Below, in pieces: positions 48,227 through 57,681 of a stretch of DNA of 64,000 nt. This DNA comes from Candidatus Omnitrophota bacterium (GTDB lineage: Bacteria; Omnitrophota; Omnitrophia; Omnitrophales; JACROU01): NCBI GenBank assembly GCA_029261035.1, contig JAJDCD010000023.1:557126-621125 (forward strand), written 5' to 3'. The notes beneath the pieces are model-generated. The model searched no databases. It saw only the letters and a list, made by a program, of their open reading frames with translations, and was not told the origin of the DNA. Position numbers and translations under genes: made by a program. Within the stretch, counting starts at the first letter, position 1. Every line of letters starts with the position of its first letter.

Positions 48227-48438
48227 GAACACAACTTAGACGTACATAGTACGTCTCAAGTTGTCCGTTCGAATTTATTCTGAGAAGGCACGGCCCAGTG
48301 CCGCCGAAGGATCTGCCGGTACCAAGTCTGAGATTGTCACGACTCCTAGGATGACAATTTGTCTATTTCTTCTATTCCCAAAAAACTAAAGAATTAATTT
48401 TAACGTCCAAAGTGCCAGGCCTTTAAGCCTGGCACTTT
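48227..48438. repeat. stacked palindromic elements in the gpmA-acs intergenic region
   Basis: Hairpin 48227-48270 (AGACGTAC/GTACGTCT); degenerate GTCA-type element 48275-48357; AAAGTGCCAGGC/GCCTGGCACTTT 48409-48438. Confidence 0.6.
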
Positions 48439-48442
48439 TCCA

Positions 48443-48451
48443 TGCTATAAT
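48443..48451 (+). promoter_or_regulatory. extended -10 promoter of acs
   Basis: TGCTATAAT upstream of AAGGAG SD. Confidence 0.55.
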
Positions 48452-48492
48452 ATCCTCTCATTTTTTCACTCCATATCTTAAGGAGACCGTTT

Positions 48493-50448
48493 ATGTCAAC
48501 TGACTCTCTCGATGATCTTTTAAAAGAAGAACGCATTTTTCCTCCTTCTTCTGATTTTCAACAAAAAGCCAATTTTAAGGACGCTTCCATTTATGAGAAA
48601 GCTCTGTCTGACCCTGAAAGTTATTGGTCTGATTGGGCAAAGAAACTAGATTGGTTCGAGCCATGGAAAGAAGTTTTGAAATGGAATCCTCCACATGCGG
48701 AATGGTTTGTGGGTGGGAAGATTAATGCTTGTTATAACTGTGTAGACCGTCACGCTGCGAATCCTGATAGAAAAAATAAGAAAGCGATTATATTTGAGGG
48801 AGAGCAAGGAGAAGTTCGGACTCTTACTTATGAGGAGTTGCTTAAAGAAGTAAGTCGTTTCGCAAATGTGCTTAAAAATTTAGGAGTGGGTAAGGGAGAT
48901 CGTATTGCGATTTACATGCCCATGGTTCCAGAGGTGATGATTGCTTGTTTGGCATCTGCTCGGATTGGGGCGGTTCATAATGTTGTTTTTGGCGGATTTA
49001 GTGCGGAATCTTTAGCAGATCGAATTCAAGATTCTTCAGCGAAAGTTCTAATTACAGGGGATTATGGTTGGAGAAGAGGTAAGAAGATTTTATTAAAAAA
49101 AGCGGCTGATGAATCGTTGGATACTTGTCCAACAATTGAAAATGTGATTGTTCTAGGACGAGAAGGAAAGTCATCAGAGGATTGTCAGATGAAAGAAGGG
49201 CGTGACCATTGGTGGCATGATTTAATCCAGGATGTGAATGATGTGTGTGCTCCAGAACCTATGGATGCAGAAGATATGCTCTTTGTTCTCTATACTTCGG
49301 GGACGACCGGAAAGCCTAAGGGTATTGTGCATACAACTGGAGGATATCTCACGGGAGTTTATGCGACGACGCAATGGGTTTTTGATTTAAAAGAAGACGA
49401 CATTTTTTGGTGTACAGCTGATATTGGTTGGGTAACGGGACACAGTTATGTGACTTATGGTCCTTTAGCGAATGGGGCGACAGTTTTGATTTATGAGGGT
49501 TCTCCGGATTGGCCAGAGAAGAGTCGGTTCTGGGAAATGGTAGAGAAACATAAAGTAAGTATTTTTTATACAGCACCTACAGCCATTCGTGCTTTTATGA
49601 AATGGGGTACTGAGTGGATTGATAAAACAGACCTTTCTTCTTTGCGTCTTTTGGGATCCGTTGGAGAACCCATTAATCCTGAAGCATGGATGTGGTATCA
49701 CAAAAATATAGGAAAAGAAAATTGCCCTATTGTAGATACGTGGTGGCAAACAGAAACAGGGGCGATTATGATTACGCCACTTCCGGGAGTTGTGACAACA
49801 AAACCGGGTTCTGCTACGAAAGCTTTTCCTGGAATTTCTGCCACTGTTCTTAATGAACAAGGAGAAGAAATTACTTCGGGTGGAGGTTATGTGGCTATTA
49901 ATAAACCTTGGCCTTCCATGTTGCGCACCATTTTAAATGATGATGAGAGATTTAAAGAACAGTATTGGTCTAAGTGGGATGGGATTTATTTTCCTGGAGA
50001 TGGAGTTAAGAGAGATGAGGATGGAGACTTTTGGTTTTTGGGTCGAGTGGATGATGTGATGAATATTTCGGGACATCGGCTTGGAACGGCTGAGGTAGAG
50101 AGTGCTCTTGTAGATCATCAGAAGGTTGCGGAGTCTGCTGTTGTGAGTAAGCCTCATGAAATTAAGGGAGAGGGTATTGTTGCTTTTGTTACTTTGAAAG
50201 AAGGGCAAGAGGCGAGTGATGCGTTGAAGGATGAGTTGAAGCAGCATGTGGTGAAGAAGATTGGGGCGATTGCGAGGCCGGAGGAGATTTTGTTTTCTGT
50301 GGATTTACCGAAGACTAGGTCGGGGAAGATTATGCGGAGGTTGTTGAAGGATATTGCGCTTGGGAAGGCTTTGGGGGATACGACTACGTTGGCGGATCCG
50401 AATGTTGTTGCGGAGTTGAAGGAGAAGTACGAAGGAAAAGAGGGGTAG
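48493..50448 (+). CDS. acs: acetyl-CoA synthetase
   Basis: [42 protein letters not shown]. Confidence 0.96.
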   Translation: MSTDSLDDLLKEERIFPPSSDFQQKANFKDASIYEKALSDPESYWSDWAKKLDWFEPWKEVLKWNPPHAEWFVGGKINACYNCVDRHAANPDRKNKKAIIFEGEQGEVRTLTYEELLKEVSRFANVLKNLGVGKGDRIAIYMPMVPEVMIACLASARIGAVHNVVFGGFSAESLADRIQDSSAKVLITGDYGWRRGKKILLKKAADESLDTCPTIENVIVLGREGKSSEDCQMKEGRDHWWHDLIQDVNDVCAPEPMDAEDMLFVLYTSGTTGKPKGIVHTTGGYLTGVYATTQWVFDLKEDDIFWCTADIGWVTGHSYVTYGPLANGATVLIYEGSPDWPEKSRFWEMVEKHKVSIFYTAPTAIRAFMKWGTEWIDKTDLSSLRLLGSVGEPINPEAWMWYHKNIGKENCPIVDTWWQTETGAIMITPLPGVVTTKPGSATKAFPGISATVLNEQGEEITSGGGYVAINKPWPSMLRTILNDDERFKEQYWSKWDGIYFPGDGVKRDEDGDFWFLGRVDDVMNISGHRLGTAEVESALVDHQKVAESAVVSKPHEIKGEGIVAFVTLKEGQEASDALKDELKQHVVKKIGAIARPEEILFSVDLPKTRSGKIMRRLLKDIALGKALGDTTTLADPNVVAELKEKYEGKEG

Positions 50449-50466
50449 TTGTAATGTTTCGTCGTC

Positions 50467-50543
50467 GGAAATAGCATTTCTCCGGCGCTCAGACATGCTC
50501 GGGCTTTGCCCTGCGCAACTCGCGGCGGAGAAATGCTATTTCC
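50467..50543. repeat. MITE-like element with perfect 18-bp inverted repeats
   Basis: GGAAATAGCATTTCTCCG (50467-50484) and its exact reverse complement (50526-50543) around a 41-nt GC-rich core. Confidence 0.7.
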
Positions 50544-50587
50544 TCCTCCTAGAGAGTATGTACAATCTTTGGGGTTTGTGGGCAGGT

Positions 50588-50618
50588 AAAAAAGCGTGGC
50601 ATCGAGCCACGCTTTTTT
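50588..50618. terminator. intrinsic terminator
   Basis: AAAAAAGCGTGGC-ATCGA-GCCACGCTTTTTT. Confidence 0.8.
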
Positions 50619-50704
50619 AATTCGTGATGTGCTTCAGCGCAATAAACCTCTTCCGGTCTGCGGTCTCGTTTTTTTTAGCTCCCGACCGACGGTCTCGAAT
50701 CTTC

Positions 50705-50737
50705 TGTCATCCCCGAAATCTTTTGTCGGGGATCCAG
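50705..50737. repeat. single GTCA-type REP hairpin
   Basis: TGTCATCCCCGA...TCGGGGATCCAG, similar to the left unit at 36633. Confidence 0.65.
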
Positions 50738-50784
50738 TAAGCAAAGGAATATCGCTTCACGAAAAAAAGGACAAAGGGGTTTTG

Positions 50785-51615
50785 ATGATCGACTTATTAA
50801 TTTTAGGGTGTGGTTATGTTGGTACTGCTGTAGGTAAGGAATTTGTTCAGCAAGGAAAGTCTGTTGTGGGAGTTGTGCGCTCGGATAAGCGGTTGGGGGC
50901 TTTGAAAGAGGTTGGGGTTGAGCCTTTGCTTTTGGATCTGAGGCAATCAAAAGTTATCGAAGAGCTTCCGGAAGCGCGCTGGGTTTTGATTTGTCCTTCT
51001 GCGGGGGGGCAGGATGTTGAGTTGTATCAGGCTGTTTATGTGGATTTGGTTCGTAACTTTTTGGATAACTATTTATTTATTTCTTCGATAGAAAAGTGTG
51101 TTTATACATCGAGTACGGGTGTTTATTCTCAGTGTCATGGAGAGTGGGTGGATGAAGATACTTATCCTCAACCCTTAACGGAAAGAGCTAAGATTCTTCT
51201 TCATGCTGAGCAACAACTTCTTCAAAGTTCTGTACCTTCTATTATTTTTAGATTGTCTGGTATTTATGGTCCGAATAGAAGTCGAATTAGTTCGATTCAA
51301 TCGGGAGAGGTTTCTCTGGAGGGTAAAGAACGTTTTGGAAATATGATTCATTTAGAGGATATTGTTCAAGGAGTGCGGTTGCTTTTTGAAAAAGGGTCTT
51401 CGGGTGAAACTTATTTGGGAGGGGATGATGCCCCTTTTAAACAAGCGGAGTTTTATGGGTGGTTAATTGATAGGCTCAATTTAAAACAAGCGGAGTTTCA
51501 TTTTGGTAATAACAGTCCAGAAGGTAAGCGTTGCAGTAATAAAAAAATAAAAGCTCTTGGATTCAAACCTAAATACCCTACTTTTCGAGAAGGGTACGAG
51601 AGTTTTTTGAAGTAA
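50785..51615 (+). CDS. NAD(P)-binding epimerase/atypical SDR (YeeZ-like)
   Basis: ILGCGYVG, YTSSTGVY, RLSGIYGP; start moved to ATG 50785. Confidence 0.85.
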   Translation: MIDLLILGCGYVGTAVGKEFVQQGKSVVGVVRSDKRLGALKEVGVEPLLLDLRQSKVIEELPEARWVLICPSAGGQDVELYQAVYVDLVRNFLDNYLFISSIEKCVYTSSTGVYSQCHGEWVDEDTYPQPLTERAKILLHAEQQLLQSSVPSIIFRLSGIYGPNRSRISSIQSGEVSLEGKERFGNMIHLEDIVQGVRLLFEKGSSGETYLGGDDAPFKQAEFYGWLIDRLNLKQAEFHFGNNSPEGKRCSNKKIKALGFKPKYPTFREGYESFLK

Positions 51616-53055
51616 TTATTTTCCTCGTCTAAAAGAATGAAATTTTTCTACTAATTTTAAGATACCTTCGGGTTTGTGGGCTTTTTTCCAGGCGCCTGCT
51701 GCGTATTTGATCGCTTCTCCCATGGTTGGATAAACATGAATCGTGCCTAGGATTTTGTTTAAACCCATTCCGTATTTTTTTGCGAATACAAATTCTGGAA
51801 GTAAGTCTCCTGCGTGATATCCACAAATGGTTACTCCTAAAATCTCATCTTTATTTGGAGGGGTTAGTACTTTGATCATTCCGTAGTCTTCAGAGTCTGT
51901 GATGGCGCGGTCGAGGTCATCTAAAGGGTACACAGTTAGTTCATAAGGGATGTTTTGTTCTTTTGCTTCCTTTTCGTTGAGACCGACACGACCGATTTCG
52001 GGATCGGTGTAGGTGCACCAAGGTGTGATACTGAGATCCACTTTGAATTTAGCGAAGGGAGAGAAGAGTCCGTTCACGGCACAGTACCAAGCCTGATGGG
52101 CTGCCATGTGGGTAAATTGATAAGGGCTGGTTACGTCTCCGCAGGCAAATATGTTCTTGATGTTGGTTCGACTAAAAGCATCTGTTTTAATTCGACCTCG
52201 ATCATCAAGTTCAACCCCTAATTCTTCTAAGCCAAAACCTTTTGTTCTTGGAACACGTCCCACTGCAGATAGAAGTTCATCAAATTCGATTTCTTCTGTT
52301 TTTTCAGAACCTTTTTCTTTAACGAGTAAGTATTTTTTACCATCGCGAACTTCAATTTTTTCTGTAATTGTATTGAGCCTGAGTTCAACCCCTTCTTTTT
52401 GCATATGTCTTTCCATAACTTCAATGACGTCGTCATCCTCTCGAGGAAGAAGTTGATGGTGACGTTGAATTAGAATAACCTTAGTTTTCATACGTGCAAA
52501 GGCTTGTCCTAATTCACATCCAATAGGACCTCCGCCAATAACGACAAGGCGTTTGGGTTGTTTGCGAATAGTCCAAATGTTATCGGTGTGATAATAGTCA
52601 ATATTTTCGATCCCAGGAATTCGAGGGGCTGCAGGAAATCCACCAGTGGCAATGATAATATTTTTTGTGGTTAAAACTTTTCCGTCCACTTGAACCTTGT
52701 TCGGAGATAAAATTTTTGCTTCTCCTTGATAACAATCAACCCCTAATTTGGAGTATCGTTCAACAGAGTCGTGAGGTTCTATTTTTTTAATAACACTTTG
52801 AACACGTTCCATAATTTCGGCAAAATCAAACTCCGCTGTTGCATTTGTGAATCCAAAATCTTTGTGACGATTCACATGGGATAGAAAGGTGGTGCTTCGG
52901 ATAAGAGCTTTGCTGGGTACACAACCTGTGTTTAAACAATCCCCGCCCATTTTATGTTTTTCGATGAGAGCAACTTTAGCTTTAACAACAGAAGCGATGT
53001 AAGCTGATACAAGTCCTCCAGAGCCTGCTCCTATAACTACTAAATTGTAATCCAT
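51616..53055 (-). CDS. flavin disulfide oxidoreductase (MerA/Lpd-like, DedA-associated)
   Basis: GAGSGG, GGDCLNTGCVPSK, GGGPIG, YTDPE, HVYPT. Confidence 0.88.
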   Translation of the reverse strand: MDYNLVVIGAGSGGLVSAYIASVVKAKVALIEKHKMGGDCLNTGCVPSKALIRSTTFLSHVNRHKDFGFTNATAEFDFAEIMERVQSVIKKIEPHDSVERYSKLGVDCYQGEAKILSPNKVQVDGKVLTTKNIIIATGGFPAAPRIPGIENIDYYHTDNIWTIRKQPKRLVVIGGGPIGCELGQAFARMKTKVILIQRHHQLLPREDDDVIEVMERHMQKEGVELRLNTITEKIEVRDGKKYLLVKEKGSEKTEEIEFDELLSAVGRVPRTKGFGLEELGVELDDRGRIKTDAFSRTNIKNIFACGDVTSPYQFTHMAAHQAWYCAVNGLFSPFAKFKVDLSITPWCTYTDPEIGRVGLNEKEAKEQNIPYELTVYPLDDLDRAITDSEDYGMIKVLTPPNKDEILGVTICGYHAGDLLPEFVFAKKYGMGLNKILGTIHVYPTMGEAIKYAAGAWKKAHKPEGILKLVEKFHSFRRGK

Positions 53056-53075
53056 GTTTTTCTCCTTAATTTTAA

Positions 53076-53154
53076 TAGCGAATAGCGTTTAGCGTAGAGC
53101 CCATAGGTCAGCCACCCTCACCCTAGCCCTCTCCCTCCGTCGGAGGGAGAGGGG
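53076..53154. repeat. TAGCGNN heptamers plus CCCTCTCCC hairpin, left copy
   Basis: TAGCGAA TAGCGTT TAGCGTA; CCCTCACCCTAGCCCTCTCCCTCCG-T-CGGAGGGAGAGGG. Confidence 0.7.
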
Positions 53155-53167
53155 ATAAATTTAATGA

Positions 53168-53869
53168 CTAAGAACTATTTTTCTTTATTTTACTAATGAT
53201 TGTGGGTAGGAAAGAAATGCCAATTAACAATACGCTTGCGATAGCTAAATTGATAAATGCTTTTTGACTGGCTCCGGTTACTCCAGAAAGCACAGAGTCC
53301 CCAAAATAAGTGTATATAAATGTTCCTGGAAGCATTCCTAAAAGAGAGCCAAATAAATAATCTCTATATTTTACTTTTGAAAAACCAGAACCAAAGTTAA
53401 GGCCATTGAAAGGAAAGATAGGAATTAGCCTTAGACGGAAGATTGTTTTGAAGCCATTTTTTTCAATGCTATCATCTAGCTGAGCGAGTTTCCCGCCTTT
53501 CATAAGATTTGCAACAAAGTCACGACCGAGAAAACGAGCCATAAGAAAAGCAAGTGTAGCACCTAGGTTCGAAGCTAAAACGTTGAACAAAGTTCCGTAG
53601 GCTGTTCCGAAAATAGCGCCTCCTGCTAATGTAAGCAAAGAACCGGGAAGAGCAAAAACACAACCGATACCATAAATAAGAATAAAAACGAGAGGGCCCC
53701 ACCATTCTCCTTTAAGATTTTCCAGAAAACTGAGAAGAGCTTCTTTTTCCACGTATTGTTTTAGAGGAGTGAATTTAAAGATAATGAAGGCAAGGACTAA
53801 AATGAGAATAAAAATGATAAATTTTTTAGCACCACCCGATTTTTTTTGAGGTTGATTTTCCATTGTCAT
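53168..53869 (-). CDS. TVP38/TMEM64 (DedA superfamily) membrane protein
   Basis: LPGSLLTLAGGAIFG, LRLIPIFPF, GMLPGT. Confidence 0.9.
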   Translation of the reverse strand: MTMENQPQKKSGGAKKFIIFILILVLAFIIFKFTPLKQYVEKEALLSFLENLKGEWWGPLVFILIYGIGCVFALPGSLLTLAGGAIFGTAYGTLFNVLASNLGATLAFLMARFLGRDFVANLMKGGKLAQLDDSIEKNGFKTIFRLRLIPIFPFNGLNFGSGFSKVKYRDYLFGSLLGMLPGTFIYTYFGDSVLSGVTGASQKAFINLAIASVLLIGISFLPTIISKIKKNSS

Positions 53870-54038
53870 ACCTTCTCCTTTAAGACTGTTTACGCTAAAA
53901 AAAATGATTTGGATTCAAAACAACTATTCTGATGTTTTTGGGATTGAAAATCAAGTGAAATTCAATCTTAACTTATTATTTTACAATAAGATAAGTATTT
54001 TCTTAAGAATTCAAGGTATTAGGTCGATTTAAGAAAAT

Positions 54039-54135
54039 TAGCGGATAGCGGATAGGCTTTAAACCCTATCCCTCTCCCTGTCAGGGAGAGGGGAGTTTTT
54101 GGCAATGGAATCTATACGCTCTACGCTAAACACTA
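54039..54135. repeat. TAGCGNN heptamers plus CCCTCTCCC hairpin, right copy
   Basis: TAGCGGA TAGCGGA; CCCTCTCCCTG-T-CAGGGAGAGGG; inverted heptamers 54111-54135. Confidence 0.7.
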
Positions 54136-54164
54136 ATAGAAAATGACAAAGGAAGGTGATATTA

Positions 54165-55079
54165 ATGAAAGTTGTTTTGGCAGGTGGAACAGGTTTTGTT
54201 GGAGGGTCACTTTTAAGTGCTTTGATTGCAGAACACCATCAAGTTGTTCTTTTGACCCGTAACCTTGAAAAAGCGAAACATTTATCTGGCAATGCGGTTA
54301 GTGTGGTTGAGTGGGATGCTAAAAATGGGGGCGACTGGGAAAAGAGCATTGATTCTTCAGATGTAGTTATTAACTTGTCTGGTGAGTCTGTTGCTAATAA
54401 ACGGTGGACAGATTCTGTAAAACAAAAAATTTTAGATAGTCGTGTTAATTCCACTCGAGCTATAGTACATGCAATTTCTAGAGCAGAAAAAAGACCGTCA
54501 CTTCTTGTGAATGCTTCAGCTATTGGAATTTACGGAAGTGATCCTGAAAAAAAATTATTAGAAACAACTCCGAAGGGAGAAGGTTTTTTAGCAGACGTTT
54601 GTGATTCATGGGAGAAAGAAGCTTCTAAAGCAGAAAATTTAAGCATTCGTGTTGTGAAACTTCGGATTGGAATTGTTTTAGGAAAAGAAGGTGGTGCTCT
54701 TAAACGTATGCTGCCTCCGTTTCAGTTTTTTCTTGGAGGACCTTTAGGGAATGGTCTTCAGTGGTTTCCGTGGGTGCATCGGGATGATGTTGTTCGCTCG
54801 ATACTTTATGTTATGGAGAATAACGAGATTCAAGGGCCTATCAATATGGCTGCACCAGAACCTGTTCGTTTGAAAGATTTTTGTAAGGTGTTGGGCAAGG
54901 TCTTGCATCGACCTTCATTGTTTCCTGTTCCTATTTTTGTTTTAAGGCTCATGGTAGGAGATATGGCGGATATGTTAATAGCAAGCCAGAAAATGATTCC
55001 TCAAAAGTTAAAAAGCTCTGGTTTTCAATTTAGGTACTCTCATCTAGAGGATGCCCTACAGGCAATCTTGAAATACTAG
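54165..55079 (+). CDS. TIGR01777 family oxidoreductase (YfcH-like)
   Basis: GGTGFVG, INLSGE, SAIGIYG, GGPLGNG, WVHRDD. Confidence 0.9.
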   Translation: MKVVLAGGTGFVGGSLLSALIAEHHQVVLLTRNLEKAKHLSGNAVSVVEWDAKNGGDWEKSIDSSDVVINLSGESVANKRWTDSVKQKILDSRVNSTRAIVHAISRAEKRPSLLVNASAIGIYGSDPEKKLLETTPKGEGFLADVCDSWEKEASKAENLSIRVVKLRIGIVLGKEGGALKRMLPPFQFFLGGPLGNGLQWFPWVHRDDVVRSILYVMENNEIQGPINMAAPEPVRLKDFCKVLGKVLHRPSLFPVPIFVLRLMVGDMADMLIASQKMIPQKLKSSGFQFRYSHLEDALQAILKY

Positions 55080-55187
55080 TATTCACAGGCTTTATCAAGA
55101 GTTTATTGGCCAAAAGGCCATTTTAGATGTAAACTTAAATGCAGAAGGCACTTAAGGAAGAGAAACAAAAAAGAAAGGGTGATTCCT

Positions 55188-55841
55188 ATGGCGAACGAAA
55201 AATTTTCAATTAAAGAGGCTATTAGTTACGGTTGGAATGTTATGAAATCCAACTTAGGATTTTTTATTGGTGCAATGCTTATTGCTGTTGTGGTTAATGT
55301 GGTAATTAATATGGTTGCAGAACTGTTTCGTGCTAATAACACGGTAATGCTTATCCTTGTTTCTTTGGTTGGTATTGTTATCGGCACAGTCATTGAGATG
55401 GGGTTTTTAACCATTGGTTTAAAACTGATCGATAATGCCAAAGTTTCTTTTAGAGATCTTTTCTCTACTTTTAATTTGGTGGTTAAATATTTACTTGCCT
55501 CTATTTTGTATGGACTGATTGTTTTGGGCGGAATGATACTATTGATTGTTCCTGGTATTATTTGGGCTATTCAATTTCAATTCTTTTCTCTTGGCGTTAT
55601 TGAAAAGGGATTAGGTCCTATCGAAGCTTTAAAAGCGAGTTCCCAATTAACAAAAGGTAAAAAATTGAAAGTTGATCTTTTGCTTTTTGCTTTACTTATT
55701 TTAGGTATTAATGCATTAGGTGTATTGGCATTAGGTTTTGGTTTGTTTATAACGGTTCCGACAACATTAGTTGCTTACGTTTATATTTATCGTAAGTTGC
55801 AAGGCCAACCTAGCGCTTCTTCTGAAACACCTGCAGTTTAA
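55188..55841 (+). CDS. integral membrane protein (DUF975-like)
   Basis: LLIVPGII, EALKASSQLTKG; multiple TMs. Confidence 0.7.
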   Translation: MANEKFSIKEAISYGWNVMKSNLGFFIGAMLIAVVVNVVINMVAELFRANNTVMLILVSLVGIVIGTVIEMGFLTIGLKLIDNAKVSFRDLFSTFNLVVKYLLASILYGLIVLGGMILLIVPGIIWAIQFQFFSLGVIEKGLGPIEALKASSQLTKGKKLKVDLLLFALLILGINALGVLALGFGLFITVPTTLVAYVYIYRKLQGQPSASSETPAV

Positions 55842-55857
55842 TTGTCTGTCATAGGAA

Positions 55858-55891
55858 ATAAAGTGGTAAACCGAAAGGTTTGCCACTTTAT
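55858..55891. terminator. GAAA-tetraloop hairpin between membrane protein and DUF1223 genes
   Basis: ATAAAGTGGTAAACC-GAAA-GGTTTGCCACTTTAT. Confidence 0.55.
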
Positions 55892-55901
55892 CATTCGGCT
55901 T

Positions 55902-56654
55902 ATGAAATCTAAAATTAATTTTCTTTTAATTTTCTTTTCTTTTCTCATCTTATTCTCTGCTACTTCATTTAAAAGTTCTTCACAGCAAACAACGCTTATA
56001 GAATTGTACACATCGGAAGGGTGTCATAGTTGTCCGCCGGCAGATGAGTGGCTGTCTCGTGTTGGGAACGGAAAGAGTTTGTGGAGCGAGTTTGTTCCCG
56101 TTGCTTTTCATGTAGATTATTGGGATGCTATCGGTTGGAAAGATGTTTTTGCTCAATCGAGATTTTCAGATCGGCAGAGAAGGTATGCTTCAAACTGGAA
56201 TTCTCGTTCTGTTTATACCCCCGGTTTTGTCTTGAATGGAAAAGAGTGGAGAGGTTTTTTCTCGGGAGATTCTTTGCCAAAAAGAATGGATAGAGAAGTT
56301 GGAGTTCTTCAGATTCAGATTCAAGAAGATAATCAATATCGCTTTCAGTTTACTCCCACAAAATTAAATCAAAAAAATTATGTTGCTCATATGGCTCTTC
56401 TGGGTTCAGGTTTTAAAATCCAAGTGGAGCGGGGAGAAAATAGGGGCAAGTTGCTGGAGCACGATTTTGTTGTTGTGGATTTTAAAGAGGAGTCTTTGAA
56501 ATTAAATGACTCTGACGATTTGATTCATACTTTTATACTCACTCCTAATACAGAGTTAAAACCAGCTCGATATGCGGTTGTCGCGTGGGTAACGGAGTCT
56601 AATGGGTTTGAACCTATTCAAGCTGCCGGAGGCTATTTAGAAGGTTTGGTGTAA
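55902..56654 (+). CDS. DUF1223 family exported thioredoxin-like protein
   Basis: ELYTSEGCHSCPPAD, FHVDYWD, VYTP. Confidence 0.9.
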   Translation: MKSKINFLLIFFSFLILFSATSFKSSSQQTTLIELYTSEGCHSCPPADEWLSRVGNGKSLWSEFVPVAFHVDYWDAIGWKDVFAQSRFSDRQRRYASNWNSRSVYTPGFVLNGKEWRGFFSGDSLPKRMDREVGVLQIQIQEDNQYRFQFTPTKLNQKNYVAHMALLGSGFKIQVERGENRGKLLEHDFVVVDFKEESLKLNDSDDLIHTFILTPNTELKPARYAVVAWVTESNGFEPIQAAGGYLEGLV

Positions 56655-56756
56655 AAGTTGAATGCCTTTGATTGTGTGCATTCTAAGATGTTGTTTCAAG
56701 GATATTGTAACGCTATAATAAATTTTAAATTGAATTAGAAAACGTAGGAGATAGAG

Positions 56757-57275
56757 ATGAATACGATTATTGTTCTAGCGATGCACGGAGCGATTCCAAA
56801 AAATTTTCCTCAGGATGAAAAAATAGAGTTTCTAAAGTTACATTCTCAAATTGAAAATATACCGGAGTCTCAAAGGGTTTCTATTCAAGACCGTCATGAT
56901 GAGTTAGATAAAAAGATGCGGGAATGGCCTCGTACTATTGAAAATGACAAATTTCATTTTTCTTCTAATCAGATCGCGGAAGCTTTATCTAAAGAGTCCG
57001 GAAATGAAGTTGTGGTTGGGTACAATGAATTTTGTTCCCCTGACTTAAAAGTAGCTTTAAGAGATTCGGCCTCTAGAGCGGATCAAGTTTTGGTAATGAC
57101 GCCTATGATGACTCAAGGGGGGATTCATTCCGAAGTGGAGATCCCGGAAGAAATAGAAAAAGTAAAATTGGAGTTTCCTGATAAACAACTTCATTATGTG
57201 TGGCCTTTTGAAGTGGCCGATATTGCTCATTTTTTTACGGATCAAATTAAAAAGTTTGAGAACACTCACGCTTAA
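56757..57275 (+). CDS. short CbiX/SirB-type class II chelatase
   Basis: LAMHG, GYNEFCSP, PMMTQGGIHSEVEIP. Confidence 0.75.
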   Translation: MNTIIVLAMHGAIPKNFPQDEKIEFLKLHSQIENIPESQRVSIQDRHDELDKKMREWPRTIENDKFHFSSNQIAEALSKESGNEVVVGYNEFCSPDLKVALRDSASRADQVLVMTPMMTQGGIHSEVEIPEEIEKVKLEFPDKQLHYVWPFEVADIAHFFTDQIKKFENTHA

Positions 57276-57293
57276 ATAGAATGGAGGCTGAAG

Positions 57294-57662
57294 GTGTCCA
57301 AAGATAAAGAATGTTTTATGAACATTGGCCCTAAAGAACAAAAGAAACGTCTTTTGATGGGGCTTGTGATGTCTTTTTTGGTTGCTCTATCCTTCTTTCT
57401 TTTAATGCCCTATACCGAAGTGAGTAAAGTTTCTCGTTTAACTTTATTTTTTCCTATTTACATGGCTTTTCTTTGTTTCTTCCAAGTTAAAGCGAAAACA
57501 TGTGTTATTTTTGCTTTAAAAGGACTTATGAATGTGGATGATGAGTTGAGGGTAATTCAGAATGAAGAAGCAAAGCAACAAGCGATGAAACAAGCTTATG
57601 CAGTTTTTGTGCAATCTTTTATTGCATCTTTCATTTTAACTTTTGTCTTATGTTTGCTTTAA
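57294..57662 (+). CDS. small membrane protein
   Basis: GGAGG SD; NIG-x2-E-x2-KR and Q-x3-KTCV motifs; three TMs. Confidence 0.65.
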   Translation: MSKDKECFMNIGPKEQKKRLLMGLVMSFLVALSFFLLMPYTEVSKVSRLTLFFPIYMAFLCFFQVKAKTCVIFALKGLMNVDDELRVIQNEEAKQQAMKQAYAVFVQSFIASFILTFVLCLL

Positions 57663-57681
57663 ACGAGATCAAAGCTACTTT

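Noticed and set aside
50596-50784. 63-aa N-terminal extension of the SDR
   Set aside because: It runs through a terminator and a REP hairpin; the Rossmann motif begins right after ATG 50785
51616-53055. Mercuric reductase merA
   Set aside because: It lacks the C-terminal Cys-Cys pair and NmerA domain, and there is no mer operon
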